Assembly (NCBI RefSeq): GCF_018350175.1
Contig: NC_058373.1
Location: forward strand, 110,300,001 to 110,364,000
DNA: 64,000 bases
Direction of reading: 5' to 3'
Origin: Felis catus
Taxonomy: Eukaryota
Part shown: piece by piece, positions 1 through 12,213 of the stretch
How the letters are laid out: every line of letters starts with the position of its first letter
Position numbering within the stretch: position 1 is the first letter of the stretch
Notes under the pieces: model-generated
What the model saw: the letters and a program-made list of their open reading frames with translations, nothing else
What the model was told of the DNA's origin: nothing
Database searches by the model: none
Translations under genes and position numbers: made by a program

Positions 1-1419
1 CCTCCCTGTTTAGACTAGATAGTTCTCACTATCAGAAGAATCAAGTCCATGAAAAGAAACTTTTTAACTAAGCATAATTTTCACATTTCACCTACCAAAC
101 GTGAAAACCCCACCTGTTTCACAATAGTAGCAATTAAAATTTTGTCATTTAAACCTAGCAGTTATTACCATGGCGACCGTGTGTTGGGAGTGTTTTCCAT
201 CCCTTGCAGAATGGGCAGGGAGATGTGTGCCTTTTTAAGTTGATAAAGTTTTTCCTCGCTCTCTTTTTATCTGTATTCTCTCAAGGTTATTTTGGAAGAC
301 CAAACAATGCTGCTAGTCATAGAGTTGACTTGCTCTGGCCTGATCCAGTACAACTGGAAGGATTTAGAGATTTTAGTGCAGGAGAAGCCAGATGTGAGGT
401 CACCCTCCCCATCTCCATTTTCCTTCCCATCAGCCTGATCTTTCCCCCTCCGGAGCATGGGGCTGCTGCTCCTGGGCCCTGAGGGTTGGGGAGTTTCCTC
501 AAGAAGACCGCAACCACCAGGGGGTCAGTGAACAGACAGCATCGGGCAGCATCAGCAGGTCCAAAGTACTAGTCTTTGGGGGATCATACTTAGCAGGTCC
601 CAGGGACAGCTAAGCGTGTAGGCACCAGTTAGATGTTGCATTTGGGGAGAACGGTTTCCAAACCTGTCCTCTTAATTTCACGGGTCTAGAATGTGCTCGC
701 TGTGTTTCAAGGTGGGGATATAATAATTACGGTATGTTGGGCTTTAGGGACCCATGAGAAATGATATTGTTGAGGCTTCAAATAAGGCTGAGAGTAGGTC
801 TGAAAGGGGCTGGACACAAACCAAGGGTGCTCTGGTAAACAGCCACTTGGGATACCCTAGAGAAACCCAGATTAAGGATATGGAGGAATTTTCAGAGACA
901 TTATGGTCAATCCTGGGAGGAGCTAACAAGGAAAATTGCAAAATCTCTTCCTCTGCAAAGTCTTGAAGTCCATTTGGGCTATAACATAGAGTTTTTTTGC
1001 AAAAGGCGGAGGAATGGAGTTGGTGAACTCTCTGCCTTTTCCTAAACCAGGATGCACAGGGCTAAAAAGGCAGGGCAGAAACCCACCTCCCACCCCCGCA
1101 TTCCCTGGAAATTTCTTCCTCAGGAGGACCCTAGGAGGGTATCCCTGTTGGACTCAGGGGTTTCCAGTTTCACCAGTTCTTTCCAACCTGAAGCCAAAAT
1201 TTGGCTTGAGGAGGACAGAAATCCTCTTTCCCGTGCCCCAGACCTAAATGTTTCTCTTCCCTCTGTTTACAGCACTTCATAAATAACCCACAGCCAAGAT
1301 AACACTGTGACTTTCTTCCCCCAGCATTGCAATCCTGTAGCGTCAGAACAAAGACTGTGTGTGTGAGAGAGAGAGGAAGGAGCTGGAGATATTTGTTTAT
1401 TGGAAGGGAGAAAACGGAG

Positions 1420-1614
1420 ATTAAAACTGCAGTGAGCCGAGAGGCAGGTCGGCTCCCTTCCTGGGGGCGCTGCTTTGTGGCCCGAGCCTGCGGGAGGGCG
1501 GCCGCTCGGATGCTGAGCCAGGGGATGGACTGGCGGGTGGCCGGGGGAGGGGCTGCCTTGGCCCGGGAGGTGGAGGTGCAGCCGGGAACTTGGAGCTTCC
1601 CCTAAACAGAAGGA
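1420..1614 (+). promoter_or_regulatory. GC/CpG-rich putative internal promoter and 5' UTR of short SYNE2 isoform
   Basis: Local CpG/GC enrichment with GC-box-like motifs (GGGAGGGCGG, GGCGGGTGG, GGGGGAGGGG) directly upstream of the ATG and donor, in otherwise CpG-poor intron. Confidence 0.5.
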
Positions 1615-1634
1615 ATGGTTTTTTCTCATCAACA
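1615..1634 (+). CDS. SYNE2: Coding part of a putative alternative (internal) first exon of SYNE2, giving MVFSHQ(Q)-; nesprin-2 epsilon-2-sized isoform
   Basis: GGAATGG strong Kozak ATG at 1615; in-frame TAA upstream (1603-1605); ends CA|GTAAGT (strong donor, phase 2), matching the phase-2 acceptor at 7675; preceded by a GC/CpG-rich segment. Spliced ORF totals 2721 nt = 906 aa + stop. Confidence 0.7.
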
Positions 1635-1761
1635 GTAAGTGCCATTTCAGCCATCAGCCCAGCATATGGCCGAGGGGCGGCTGCTGCCTCTGTATGTCTC
1701 CCTTTCTTGCTCCCTCATTTTGGTTACAATAGGAGCGATGGATGAGATGGTGGCTGTGGAG

Positions 1762-1763
1762 TG

Positions 1764-1807
<44 letters not shown>

Positions 1808-1830
1808 CTCAGCCATTGGGGGGGGGGGGG
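1762..1830. repeat. (GT)n-(GC)n alternating purine-pyrimidine tract followed by a G run
   Basis: Read directly from sequence. Confidence 0.95.
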
Positions 1831-3430
1831 ATGGGTTCTCTCCCAGTGTCAGCTCAAGAGCGTGGCGTCTGCGCCCAGCTTTTGACAAGCAAGGGAGAGG
1901 GGTGATTATGCTGTGTGGAAAATGGAAGTCCTCCGGCGACATGAATGCTTCAAAGAGACGATTAGCTCGAATGTCTCAAATCAGGGCCTCAAGATCTTGG
2001 AGTAATTGATTATCTTACTATAAAGCTGTTTAGTCACGTAAAAAGATGCAGTTGTACAGAATCTGTATGGTGTTTTTAGCAGCTGACAGCTGCCCCCAGG
2101 TTTGAGTAGCTGTTTGTTTCTGCACAAATTCAGATATTTCGGCCATCTCGGGTTTCAGTATTTTTTAAGTTATGCTGTCCACATTGGCATAGGATTTTTT
2201 TCATTGATGATGATCTAAGGTCTTTGTATTTTAGCTGTAGACCCTTTAGCATGTAGAGAATAGGACTGAAGTGTAAATTATTCCATATAGATGAATTTGA
2301 TACTAGAAACCTCCATCACATGTTGTAAGCCTTAGGTCTGCTACATAGAATGATACTAACCAGATTGGGTTTTGTTTGTTTTAGAGGGAGACAGGGCTCA
2401 CAAGTATTGTATTCTGATCTATCACTATTAAAATAAAACTTTATTCACCTTGATTATCTGCTGCATTTCTACCCATAATCCCTGCAAAAGATCTCCTAAT
2501 TTGTAGCTACTCTTAGTAAAAATTCTTATTTTTGTTTGATCTCATATAAAAAGGTCTTCCAGTAATCTACACAGGTAAGAAACTTCCCCTTTGCACCTAA
2601 AAGTGTTGTTCTCCCAATCCTCAGAATTAGAATTTGACTCAGGAAATCACACTTATTGTTTGTAGAGAAACAGGATTTCTATATGTGGTGCACCTGGGTA
2701 AAACATGGGCAAGTTAGAGATGATGAGCCACGTAAACAAACTGCCTCCATGGTTGATGTGATGCAATATTGTGGTTGCTTCCCTGTGCCAGCGGTCTGGG
2801 TTCTGAATGGGTTTCCTTGTTTCTCAACATGAACTCGAGATTTAAATTTTTCCAAGAGCGGTATTAACAAGGCCTAACATGGAGGTTGGTTGCCTGGGTT
2901 GGCAAATGACCCATACTTCTTGAGCCTGGAAAGGTGATAATCAGATTACAGTATCTGCATAGAATACGCTACAAACTCAACAGTACACGTGAGGGTTCCT
3001 AGAGTAAGTTGTGACGGGATTATCTAAAAAAAAAAAAAAAAAAAAAAAACCAAAAAAAACATTTATTTAAATCACCATGCACTTTTGGATATTACGTCCT
3101 CAGTCGGAGGTTGGGACATAGGGGTAAGGTTGGATCCTGATTAGGCGAATCTTTTATAGCTTCTTGGCAACGTTCTTCTTTTCTTTTCCTCCTACCTTCC
3201 CTTTCTCTTTAATTTGATCTAAGTGTACGTATGATTTGTGGGCCTGTCAATATTTCGCTTGCCCTGTGTGGAACCAGACCAAGTCCGGCTAGCATCATTC
3301 TGTGTCTCAGACCTAAGGCTTCCAATGTGTGATGGAGGCTTTTAATATCAAATTCATCTATATGGGATAATTTCCATTTCAGGACTATTCTCTACATGCT
3401 AAAGGACCTGCAGTTAAAATACAAAGAGGA

Positions 3431-3660
3431 GGGGCGCCTGGGTGGCTCGGTCGGTTAAGCGTCCGACTTCGGCTCAGGTCATGATCTCACGGTCTGTGAG
3501 TTCGAGCCCCGCGTCGGGCTCTGTGCTGACGGCTCAGCGCCTGGAGCCTGTTTCGGGTTCTGTGTCTCCCTCTCTCTCTGACCCTCCCCTGTTCATGCTC
3601 TGTCTCTCTCTGTCTCAAAAATAAATAAACGTTAAAAAAAATGTAATAAAAATAATAAAA
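3431..3660 (+). mobile_element. SINEC_Fc (felid Can-SINE), full length
   Basis: GGGGCGCCTGGGTGGCTC head, (CT)n region, A tail; TSD TAAAATACAAAGAGGAG on both sides. Confidence 0.95.
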
Positions 3661-4214
3661 TACAAAGAGGAGCATGTAGGGCTTACAGTGTGGCAGCAAA
3701 TTGTTCTGTGGCAAGATGGCTTAGAGGTGCTCTGACCTTTCCCTCTTTCCTTTAACATAGAACCTAGGTATGTGTTTTATGAAAAAGAAAAATTTGAAGG
3801 TATGGGTGAACCTCCTTTACTCGTTCAAAAGATATTTATGAAACGCCTCCTATATTGTTATTATAATGTCGAAATTCAATCTAAGTTAGATTATCAGCTC
3901 TTCGGGAATAAGATCTGTATTTCAGTTGTCTCCTGAATCCTTGGGATCTGCACAGGATCCAAGACAAAGCACATGGTTAAATGCTTACTGAAAGGAAATC
4001 ATGGAGGGGCAACTGGGAGCATCCGAAGTATAGCACTTGGTGGACGGGCTTCTACCCCCGCAGCGTATCCCAGAGCCACGACTCTGGACTTCTAATCATG
4101 TTCCCTACAGCAACAAAAGGCATCCCGTGCCTAACGTTATCTCATGGGCTCGTGCGTGCACGTTAGCGTATGTAGGTTTATATGAGTTGCCACGAGGAAA
4201 GAGCCTAAGAACAG

Positions 4215-4400
4215 CATGCCCAGGTCGAAATCCTGCCTCTGCCATTTAATCATCATGTGACTGGGGCAAGTTATTTGATCCCTGTGCCACAGTTACCTCC
4301 TCTGTCAAATGGGGATGCTAATAGTACTGATCTCCTAGCATTGCCAGGAGGGTTAAATGAGTTGCCCGTGTATAAAGCACGACAGACCTGGCACAGGTAC
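4215..4400 (+). mobile_element. MIR SINE remnant
   Basis: Resembles MIR core (AAATCCTGCCTCTGCCATTTA...GGGCAAGTTATTT...CTGTCAAATGGGGATGCTAATAGTAC). Confidence 0.75.
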
Positions 4401-5969
4401 ATGTCAGCGTGGTCTGTAGTTGTTCCACATGGTCGTAAAGTTTGTGAATTCTAAAGTGTGCCCAGTGTAGACGCTTCAAAAGAATGGGATAGCACTAGAA
4501 AGTCTAGCATTTTGTTCCCATACTCCACTGGATTGCCTTGAGCACTCCATTTTGGACGTCACTGGCCTGGAGTATCAGTCCTGGTGAAGCCAAGTAAATT
4601 ATTCTTCCACCTGCCTCCTACCACGCCCCACCCCCACTTATTGTACGTCTCACCCTGGGATTAATAGGATTCAAGGTCCCTTCATCTCTGTTTACATCCA
4701 GGTTCTTTTGTCTGTTAGCCGCCCCCCCCCCCCCCGCATTTAAAGAATTGCATTTTAGCTCTTTTCTTTTTAAAATAAAGAGGCTGGGATGCTGAGGATG
4801 GCGTAGGGTCAGGTGCTGGATGGAGGTGGAGGCAGGAGAGCTGTGCGGAGGCTGCTGACCCTCCTCTCCCCTCCATTCTAGGGAGCTCTCAGGGCTGGGC
4901 TGCCTCTCCAGCCAGAGCTTCCAGAAGGGCAGCCCCTTGCAAACTGCATGGAAGACTCCTTGTCCAATAGGGCCTGGGTTTCCCAGCTCCTCTGGCATTG
5001 TCTGGCATGTCCTTTCTGATCCCTAGGCAGTCAGGGTGACAAGATACTGGGGGGAGGAGGGTGTCCCTCGAAAGCCACAGGGCCGAAGGCAGGATCTAGG
5101 TTACAACTGCATCCAAGCCTGGCCCCAGATTCTGTTTCTTCCTTTTTAATAAATCATCTTGAGGCTTTGAAAGGAACTCCTTGTGGTATTTGCAGTAAGA
5201 TTGTAATTTGGAAAAACTTAACCACCATGAAAATCCTCTCGATCGTGGTTTCTGGGCATTTATCTCTGTTAGGCACAGTGCCAAATGCATTTCATGTATT
5301 TATATCTCCTTCAACCCTCTCAGCCACCCCGTGAAGGAAGGGACTAACTGCTGTTGACAGTTTTTCAGATGAGCTTAAACAGAGCTAGGATTCAAACCGA
5401 GGCCCTCACCACAAAGTCTGTGCTCTTTACCACCGGACTCCGTGGCCGCCTCCTAAGCTGGCCTCCCTCCTGGCACTGTTGAGAATAAATATTTATGAAA
5501 GGACTTTGTGAGGTCTGGTGTCATGTAAATGAGGTGGTGTTGTAGCATCGTGTAATCCCAGTGGCAATAAGAACTAATATTGAGTTCTCGCTCTGTGCCA
5601 AAGACTTGACACACGTCCTTTTGTTTTTGGGCTCAGAACCACCTGCAAGGTGGATGATCAGGAAACTGGGAATCAGGACAGTTGGGCTCCTTGCAGTGTG
5701 CAAAGCCCATACATGGTGCAATGGGACTTAGACCCAGGTCTGCTCACTTCCAGAACTCTGGCCGTAACTTCACCCAGATATTATCACCTCCCTGGACCTT
5801 GAGGGACCTCAGAAGCCTACTAGAGATGAGGAGGCTGAAACACAAGGATTTTTCCTAAATCAGAAAACCAGCTGGTAAGAGAGCTGGAGCTAGACGTCAG
5901 TCCCCAGGGTTGATTTGGTTGATGGTAGGATTCAAAAATAAATAAATAAAAATTAAAACACACAATTCT

Positions 5970-6190
5970 GGGGCGCTTGGGTGGCTCAGTCGGTCAAACA
6001 TCCGACTTAGGCTCAGGGTCGTGGTCTCGCGGTTCATGAGTGCGAGCCCCGCGTCAGGCTCTGTGCTGGCAGCTCAGAGCCTGGAGCCTGCTTCGGAGTC
6101 TGTGTCTCCCTCTCTCTCTCTGCCCCTCCCCCACTTGTGCTCTGTCTCTCAAAAATAAATTAAAACATTTAAAAAAATTAAAAAAAAAAA
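5970..6190 (+). mobile_element. SINEC_Fc-type SINE
   Basis: Can-SINE head/body/tail; TSD AAAACACACAATTCTG. Confidence 0.93.
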
Positions 6191-7674
6191 ACACACAATT
6201 CTGTGGTCTACGTTTGTAGTGGAGATGCTCTTACGCATTTATTCACGCAACAGATGTTTGTCAACGCCGCCCACCAGGCAGTGTGGGAGGTACTGGGCTG
6301 GCAGAGGTAGGGAGCCCCGTGCAGCCTGGCCAGCACGGGCTCTGTTGCGATGGGTGGATAGCGAATGAGAGACGCAGACGCAACACAGGGCAGGAGGTCC
6401 CAGGTGCTGCGGGAGCACGTGGGCCAGGGGCCCCCAGTGTCTTTGGGGAGCCGTGCTGGAGGCTCCAGGAGAAGGGAAGGGGAGCCACTTTGCAGAGTGC
6501 AGGGCAAGAGGCAGAGAGGCCACTGCGTGCTGGACAACTTGAGAAGGTCGGGGGATTAAACTGATATGACAGGGTGGGGCGAGGACTGTGAAAGCAGCGG
6601 AGCATGCGTGGATCGGCCATGCCACCCCAAATGTACACGTGGGCCGCAGACCCACAGGTGGGGAGGAGGAGGAGGGCAAGGAGGGCGCTAGGGAACTGGT
6701 CACAGGCAACCTGGGAAGAAATGATGGTGGCAGGGAATACAGTGCATTTCTGGTGAGTTGGAGCCTCAGTTTTTCTTTCCGTAGTGCTGTAGGATGGAGT
6801 TCTGAAGGCACCTGGTAACCTGAGTCTTGGTCGGTGGGAACTTGGCGTCACGGCTATTACTTCAAGTCGCTGAGATTCGCTGAGAATCCACAGATCCCCA
6901 GAACAAGCCGTTTCCCCCCGACAGTACCTTGAGGCGCCAGTGAGCTCACCAGTTATACTGACGCCGCGTGTGTCCGTTCAAATCCGCTCCACACGGAGTA
7001 GGAGGCAGATGGATTTAGAACGGTGCTTGCAGATTATCCTGGCCTGTCCCTCCTCCCCACTCCCTCCTCCCTTTTTGGCCTGGCACAGCGGCCCCATAAC
7101 GGGCTGGGTATATGGGTGTGGCACCCTCAACCCCTTAGATTGGATGCGGTGGGCTTTAGCATATGTTTTGTGCTTGCTCAAGAGGAGGGTTCCACGAGCG
7201 TCATCATGGGCCAGATAATCACCGAGCGAGCCAGGCACGTAACGTCTTTAACCCATCGGGGAATGTCCCTGACCGCCGCGATCTCAGGCATACCCAAGAC
7301 AGAAACTGGACAGAAATCAAGCGTGGTTGTTTCAACCTAGAGAGAGCGGGGATAGCATCTCCTCTTTCCTCTGCAGCCCTAGAAAGAGGTACTGGGTCTT
7401 AGGGGATCCTACTCTGGGAAAGATAGGACTTCATGTTTGTAGGGCTGGATTAACTCATAGTGCATTTGAAAATCAACCAGACTAGCAATTTGTGAAGTGT
7501 CACATATTCTGTGAAAACTCCTATCCGTGACGTGAGAGCTGTTCCTGCTATAAAATCAATAACCAACATAAACTGCTTTTTATCCTGTGACACCCTCTTT
7601 TTCTCACCACTCAACGTTGGGCTTTTTTTTTTTTTTTTTTTTTTACCTCCTTTTTTTCCTGCAAATACGTTTAG

Positions 7675-7837
7675 GGTGAAGAAGCTGAAGGAGACCTTTG
7701 CATTTATTCAGCAGTTGGACAAAAACATGAGCAACCTTCGCACCTGGTTGGCTCGAATTGAGTCAGAGCTTTCTAAGCCTGTTGTTTATGACGTCTGTGA
7801 CGATCAAGAGATCCAGAAGAGGCTCGCCGAGCAGCAG
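7675..7837 (+). CDS. SYNE2: SYNE2 coding exon (R)VKKLKETFAFIQQLDKNMSNLRTWLARIESELSKPVVYDVCDDQEIQKRLAEQQ, spectrin repeat
   Basis: Long poly-T tract + TAG|G acceptor, CAG|GTGGGC donor, 163 nt (phase 2 to 0); recognisable nesprin-2 peptide. Confidence 0.95.
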
Positions 7838-8499
7838 GTGGGCAAACAAACTTTTGTCAGCATATAGGTGCCTATGATATCTGCTAACTCAGACCTTCCC
7901 TGTAGTGGCTGTGTCTTTTAGCGTGTTCACATTTCATAATATTGGTGTGTTTTTCCAGAGAAAACTGACCAGTGTCCATGTCCTTGTATGTGTGAGATGA
8001 CATTTCTTGAGTGCCCCTCTGCCACCACGTTCACATACCTCTTTGTGAGATCAGTGTTTGAGAAAGAGGTCTTAGCGGTAAATAAGGTTTTTTGCTTATG
8101 TATTTTTTTAAACTTGGATCTTTGTTTTGTTTTTGGTCGTATCGTTTTGGGAGGCAATGAATTGAAAGAAAAATAAATTTTTTAACTAGGAAAAGTTTTC
8201 ATGGGACAATACAACTGATGTTAGGAGGGGAAAAGTATGATAAACAACATGCTTAGGAAGCCCCTTCGGTACTCTGTACATTTCTCTCATCAGTTACATA
8301 CCCTCAGCGCCAACCCTGGAAACTCCACAGTGTGAAACCACTGAGTCCTGCCAGTGTTAACATCACACTAACCTGGTGGGTGCTCATTGATGTCACTGAC
8401 TTATCAAGTTCACTTTCCTGACTTCCATGGGCTCGTATTCACAAGTTTATTCTCCTATGCAGTGCCTGGAGCTTGTCTTTATTTTTAAAATTAAGTTTA

Positions 8500-9300
8500 A
8501 GATGCCTGGGTGGCTTAGTCAGTTAAGCGTCCGACTCTTTTTTGTTTTTTTTTTAATGTTTATTTTTGAGAGAGAGAGACGGATAGACTATAAGAGGCAG
8601 AGACACAGAGAGAGAGGGAGACACAGAATCCCAAACAGGCTCCAGACTCTGAGCTGTCAGCACAGAGCCCGACGCGGGGCTCGAACCCATGAACCGCGAG
8701 ATCATGATCTGAGCCGAAGTCGGATGTTTAAACGACTGAGCCACCCAGGTGCCCCAAGCACCCAACTCATGATCTTGAGGTTCATGAGATTGAGCCCCGC
8801 ATCAGGCTCTGTGCTGACAGTGAGGAGCCTGCTTAGGATTCTCTCTCCCTCTCTCTCTGCCCCTCTTCAGCTCTCACTTGCACTCTCTCAAAATAAATAA
8901 ACTCTAAAAAAAACATTAAATTAAATTAAGTTTGTATTGGGGCACCTGGATGGCTTGGTCAGTTGAGTATCTGACTCTTTTTAAAAAATTTTTTTTTAAT
9001 GTTCATTTTTATTTTTGAGAGAGAGAGCGTGAGCAGGTGAGGGTCAGAGAGAGAGGGAGACACAGAATTCGAAGGAGGCTGTGGGCTCTAAGCTGTCAGC
9101 ACAGAGCCCGACGTGGGGCTCGAACTCACAGACAGCGAGATCATGACCTGAGCTGAAGTCGGACGCTCAACTGACTGAGCCACCTAGGGGCCCCAAGTGT
9201 CCGACTCTTTATCTCAGCTCAGGTCTTGATCTCGGTATTGTGGGTTCCAGCCCCGCACTGCACTCCGTGCTGGGTGTGGAGCCTACTTAAAAAAAAAATT
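8500..9300. mobile_element. Two adjacent composite SINEs, each a + strand Can-SINE interrupted by a - strand SINEC_Fc
   Basis: Host heads at ~8500 and ~8939 broken after GACTCTT; antisense SINEs at ~8540-8755 and ~8980-9194; host bodies resume after degenerate TSDs. Confidence 0.85.
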
Positions 9301-10338
9301 AAGTTTACATTATCCTTTCAGTAGCTTTCCTTCACCTTCATAGATTTTTCTCAGACCTGTGAGCAGATTCTGTTTTGACCATATAAGCAATATGGTTGTC
9401 ATCAGGTTCTCTGATTCATATATGTTTTCTTCACATTATCTCCAAAGTCTTAGTGTTTGCTACCTGTCAGCTCACCAGGAAGATTCACCCACAGGTAACA
9501 GCTGTTCTTAGAGAAAGAGCTAGGGCTGAAACTTCTTAGATTCGAGGGCAGAAGGTGATGATAAATTGATGACAAATTCCCTTGAGTTCAAGTCAGTCTT
9601 TTAACGGGAATAAGTGACATCTCATGCTACCATAAAATAGAGCCATTACTCTTGACTTAGATCTTCATTCGGTCTATTACTGTTACTGTTTAAACAATGC
9701 CTATTCTCTGACTTTCAAATTAGTATCATTTAGCAATGCTACTAAGTAAAAATACTTAGCCTCAGAAATTTAAGTATGTCTTTTTCATGGAGACCATCTC
9801 AATGCTGTCTTTGCTTTGTGGAGAAATGAATACTGATAGAAGTACCACGTTAATGGACATTGAACGGATTTTAATGGCCTTCTCAGTGGAGTCACAGCTA
9901 CTGGACATTATCAGCTTTGTTTGCAAGTTTGATCCGCTAAGATAAATTCCCTGAACATACAGACAGGTCTTGCAAATAGCAATTCACCCTGAGTGGTGAG
10001 TTTTTTTCAGATAAACAGAAGCTGAGTATATTTTTCCTTTAAGAGAAAAAATTTGGCAGGAGTCAATAATGTGTGTTAATGTTTTATAAACCTGAGTGTG
10101 CCAAAACATTAAATTGCAGGGACTGTATCCCCCAAAGGATACAATTTGGAGCAGCTGCCATCCTCCGGGCCTGGTTTGGTCCTGTATTGAAATGGTCCAT
10201 AATTTCACTGTGGTTGATTTGAAGCTTCCCTCTTCACAGAACTCAGAATCACCATCAAGGAGTTCTTATCTCGTAGTAATCCAAAGCCAATTAAAGAGTT
10301 GGTGTTTAGGACTACCATTACTGTAAGGAAGTTAGATG

Positions 10339-10810
10339 TTGTAGGAGTTTTCTATGATTGCTTTAACAAATTTACCACAAATTTAGCAACTTAGACCCCA
10401 ATTTATTATCTTACAGTTCTGGAGGTCAGAAGTGTGACCCCGGGTTAAGATGAAGGTGTCAGATGGGCTACATTTCTTTGTGGCAGCCGCAGGGGAGAAC
10501 CCATTTTTTTTTACCCTTTCCAGCTTCTGGAGACCGCCCACATTGCTTGGCTCATGGCCACTTCCTCCATCTGCAAAGCCAGCAACATGGCATCTGTCTG
10601 TGCTTTTCCTTCACAGTCCCTCCTCCCTCTGACTGACCCTTCTACCTCCCTCTGCCACTTTTACGGACCCTAATCACACTAGGCCACCTGGATAATAGGT
10701 CAGCTAATTGGCAACTTGAATTCTCCTTTGACATGTAGCCCAACGTATTCACAGATTCTGGGGACAAGGACATGGTTATCTTTGGGCACTCAAAATTCCA
10801 CTTACCACCC
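10339..10810. mobile_element. MLT1-type MaLR solo LTR (old)
   Basis: Motifs ACAAATTTACCACAAATTTAGC, TTATTATCTTACAGTTCTGGAGGTCAGAAG and CACAGATTCTGGGGACAAGGACATGG typical of MLT1. Confidence 0.75.
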
Positions 10811-12213
10811 ATGTCCTGAGCAAACTTTTAGTATTTTTGTTTAAAAAAAAAAAATTATACCAAAACCAGACCTTAAAGCCTTCACCAAAAACACGAAAAA
10901 CAGAAATGTGTCACACAAAAGAATTATATGTGGGCTGTTAAAAAAACCTTACTTGAGTTTCTATCACTAAGTATAATAAGTTGCATGATTGTTTCCAGAA
11001 ATAAGACCTAAAAGTTTGGGATCATCTAGTAGTGCCTTCTGCAGAAGCCCTCAAGCCCGCAAAAGTGCTTCCCAGATCCTCACTGCAATGTTCTGGGGAG
11101 CACCCTGGGTAAGAGGTCAACCTTATGAGGGTCCTTTTTGTTTCTCTTACGCAGAACTCCTGAAGCAATAAGGGTTGAGTTGTTATTTCTGTGGCATAGA
11201 TCATCTTCAGAGAAAGTGGTAGCAACCTTTGTGACACTTTTAAACATGAACCACTTTCATTAAGCCTTGGACATTTCTCTCCTGTTTTCTTTGGCTCCCT
11301 GGTTCACTGTGGGGTGCCAGATGCTAACATGGGGAGCCGGTGCTGTTAGGTACCCCCCATTCTGTAATTACCAGTAGCCCCCTTCCCAGCAGGCCAACTC
11401 AGCTAAACACCAACCTCCATAAACCACAAGCCGCCACCACTCTGCCCCACTGGCTTGCCAACCCAAGCCCCTCCCCCCAGAGTCAATCTGGAGCCACCAT
11501 GGGAGCCCCACCCCACGTGATTTTCTGCCCCCCACCCCCCTCCCCTGCCCCGAGACTGACTTTCTTCTTTTCTCCCTTTATCTTATTTTTTTAGTTCCTT
11601 TTGTATTCTCCTCCTTCCTGGTCGTGTTCTCCCCGACCTCTTACCTTGGATCTTCCTCCTCATTCCTCCCACCCCTGTTACACTCTTTCTCAGCTTCAGC
11701 GCTCTTGGTCACCTGCTCAGGAACAGAAACACAACGCAAACGGTTTCCAGAACCATCGGCAAAAGTCTTTTACATCGTCTTGTGTTGTTTCTTAAGTCCC
11801 CTTCTTCAAATTGCACTTACGCAGTTTTTGAAATCTAATTTACTGTGCATGCTCATGCCTCAATGGGAATCAGTGGTGGGATCGGTTTAGTCCGTAACAT
11901 GTCCCTCGTTTGGCACTTAAATGGTTCGCATTTTTTCAGTATGCTTCACTACTTTATATTTTACCAAGTAACTAGTGCATATTATAATCCGTAGATCATG
12001 CTGCCGTGTTTTAAATGTCTGGTTTGGAAATTTTGAAAATTTTTGCAATTTGGTTAACCAAAATGTTGATAGTCGTCTATAAACTATCACAGAGCTCATT
12101 TCTTGCTCTCCCATTCACCCTGTCTGTTAGTTTTCTATCGCCATTTTATTCAATATAAGCTGAACAAATAAGGTAGAGAAACTGCAAATAGTCTATTAAA
12201 ATATGCAGCCCTC

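Noticed and set aside
167..240. Perfect Kozak ACCATGG opening a 22-codon ORF
   Set aside because: Terminates without a convincing donor; more plausibly part of the X-box-like motif or chance
6208..6851. Overlapping 109-196 aa ORFs on the - strand
   Set aside because: GC-rich intron with no recognisable domain or splice context; stop-poor by composition
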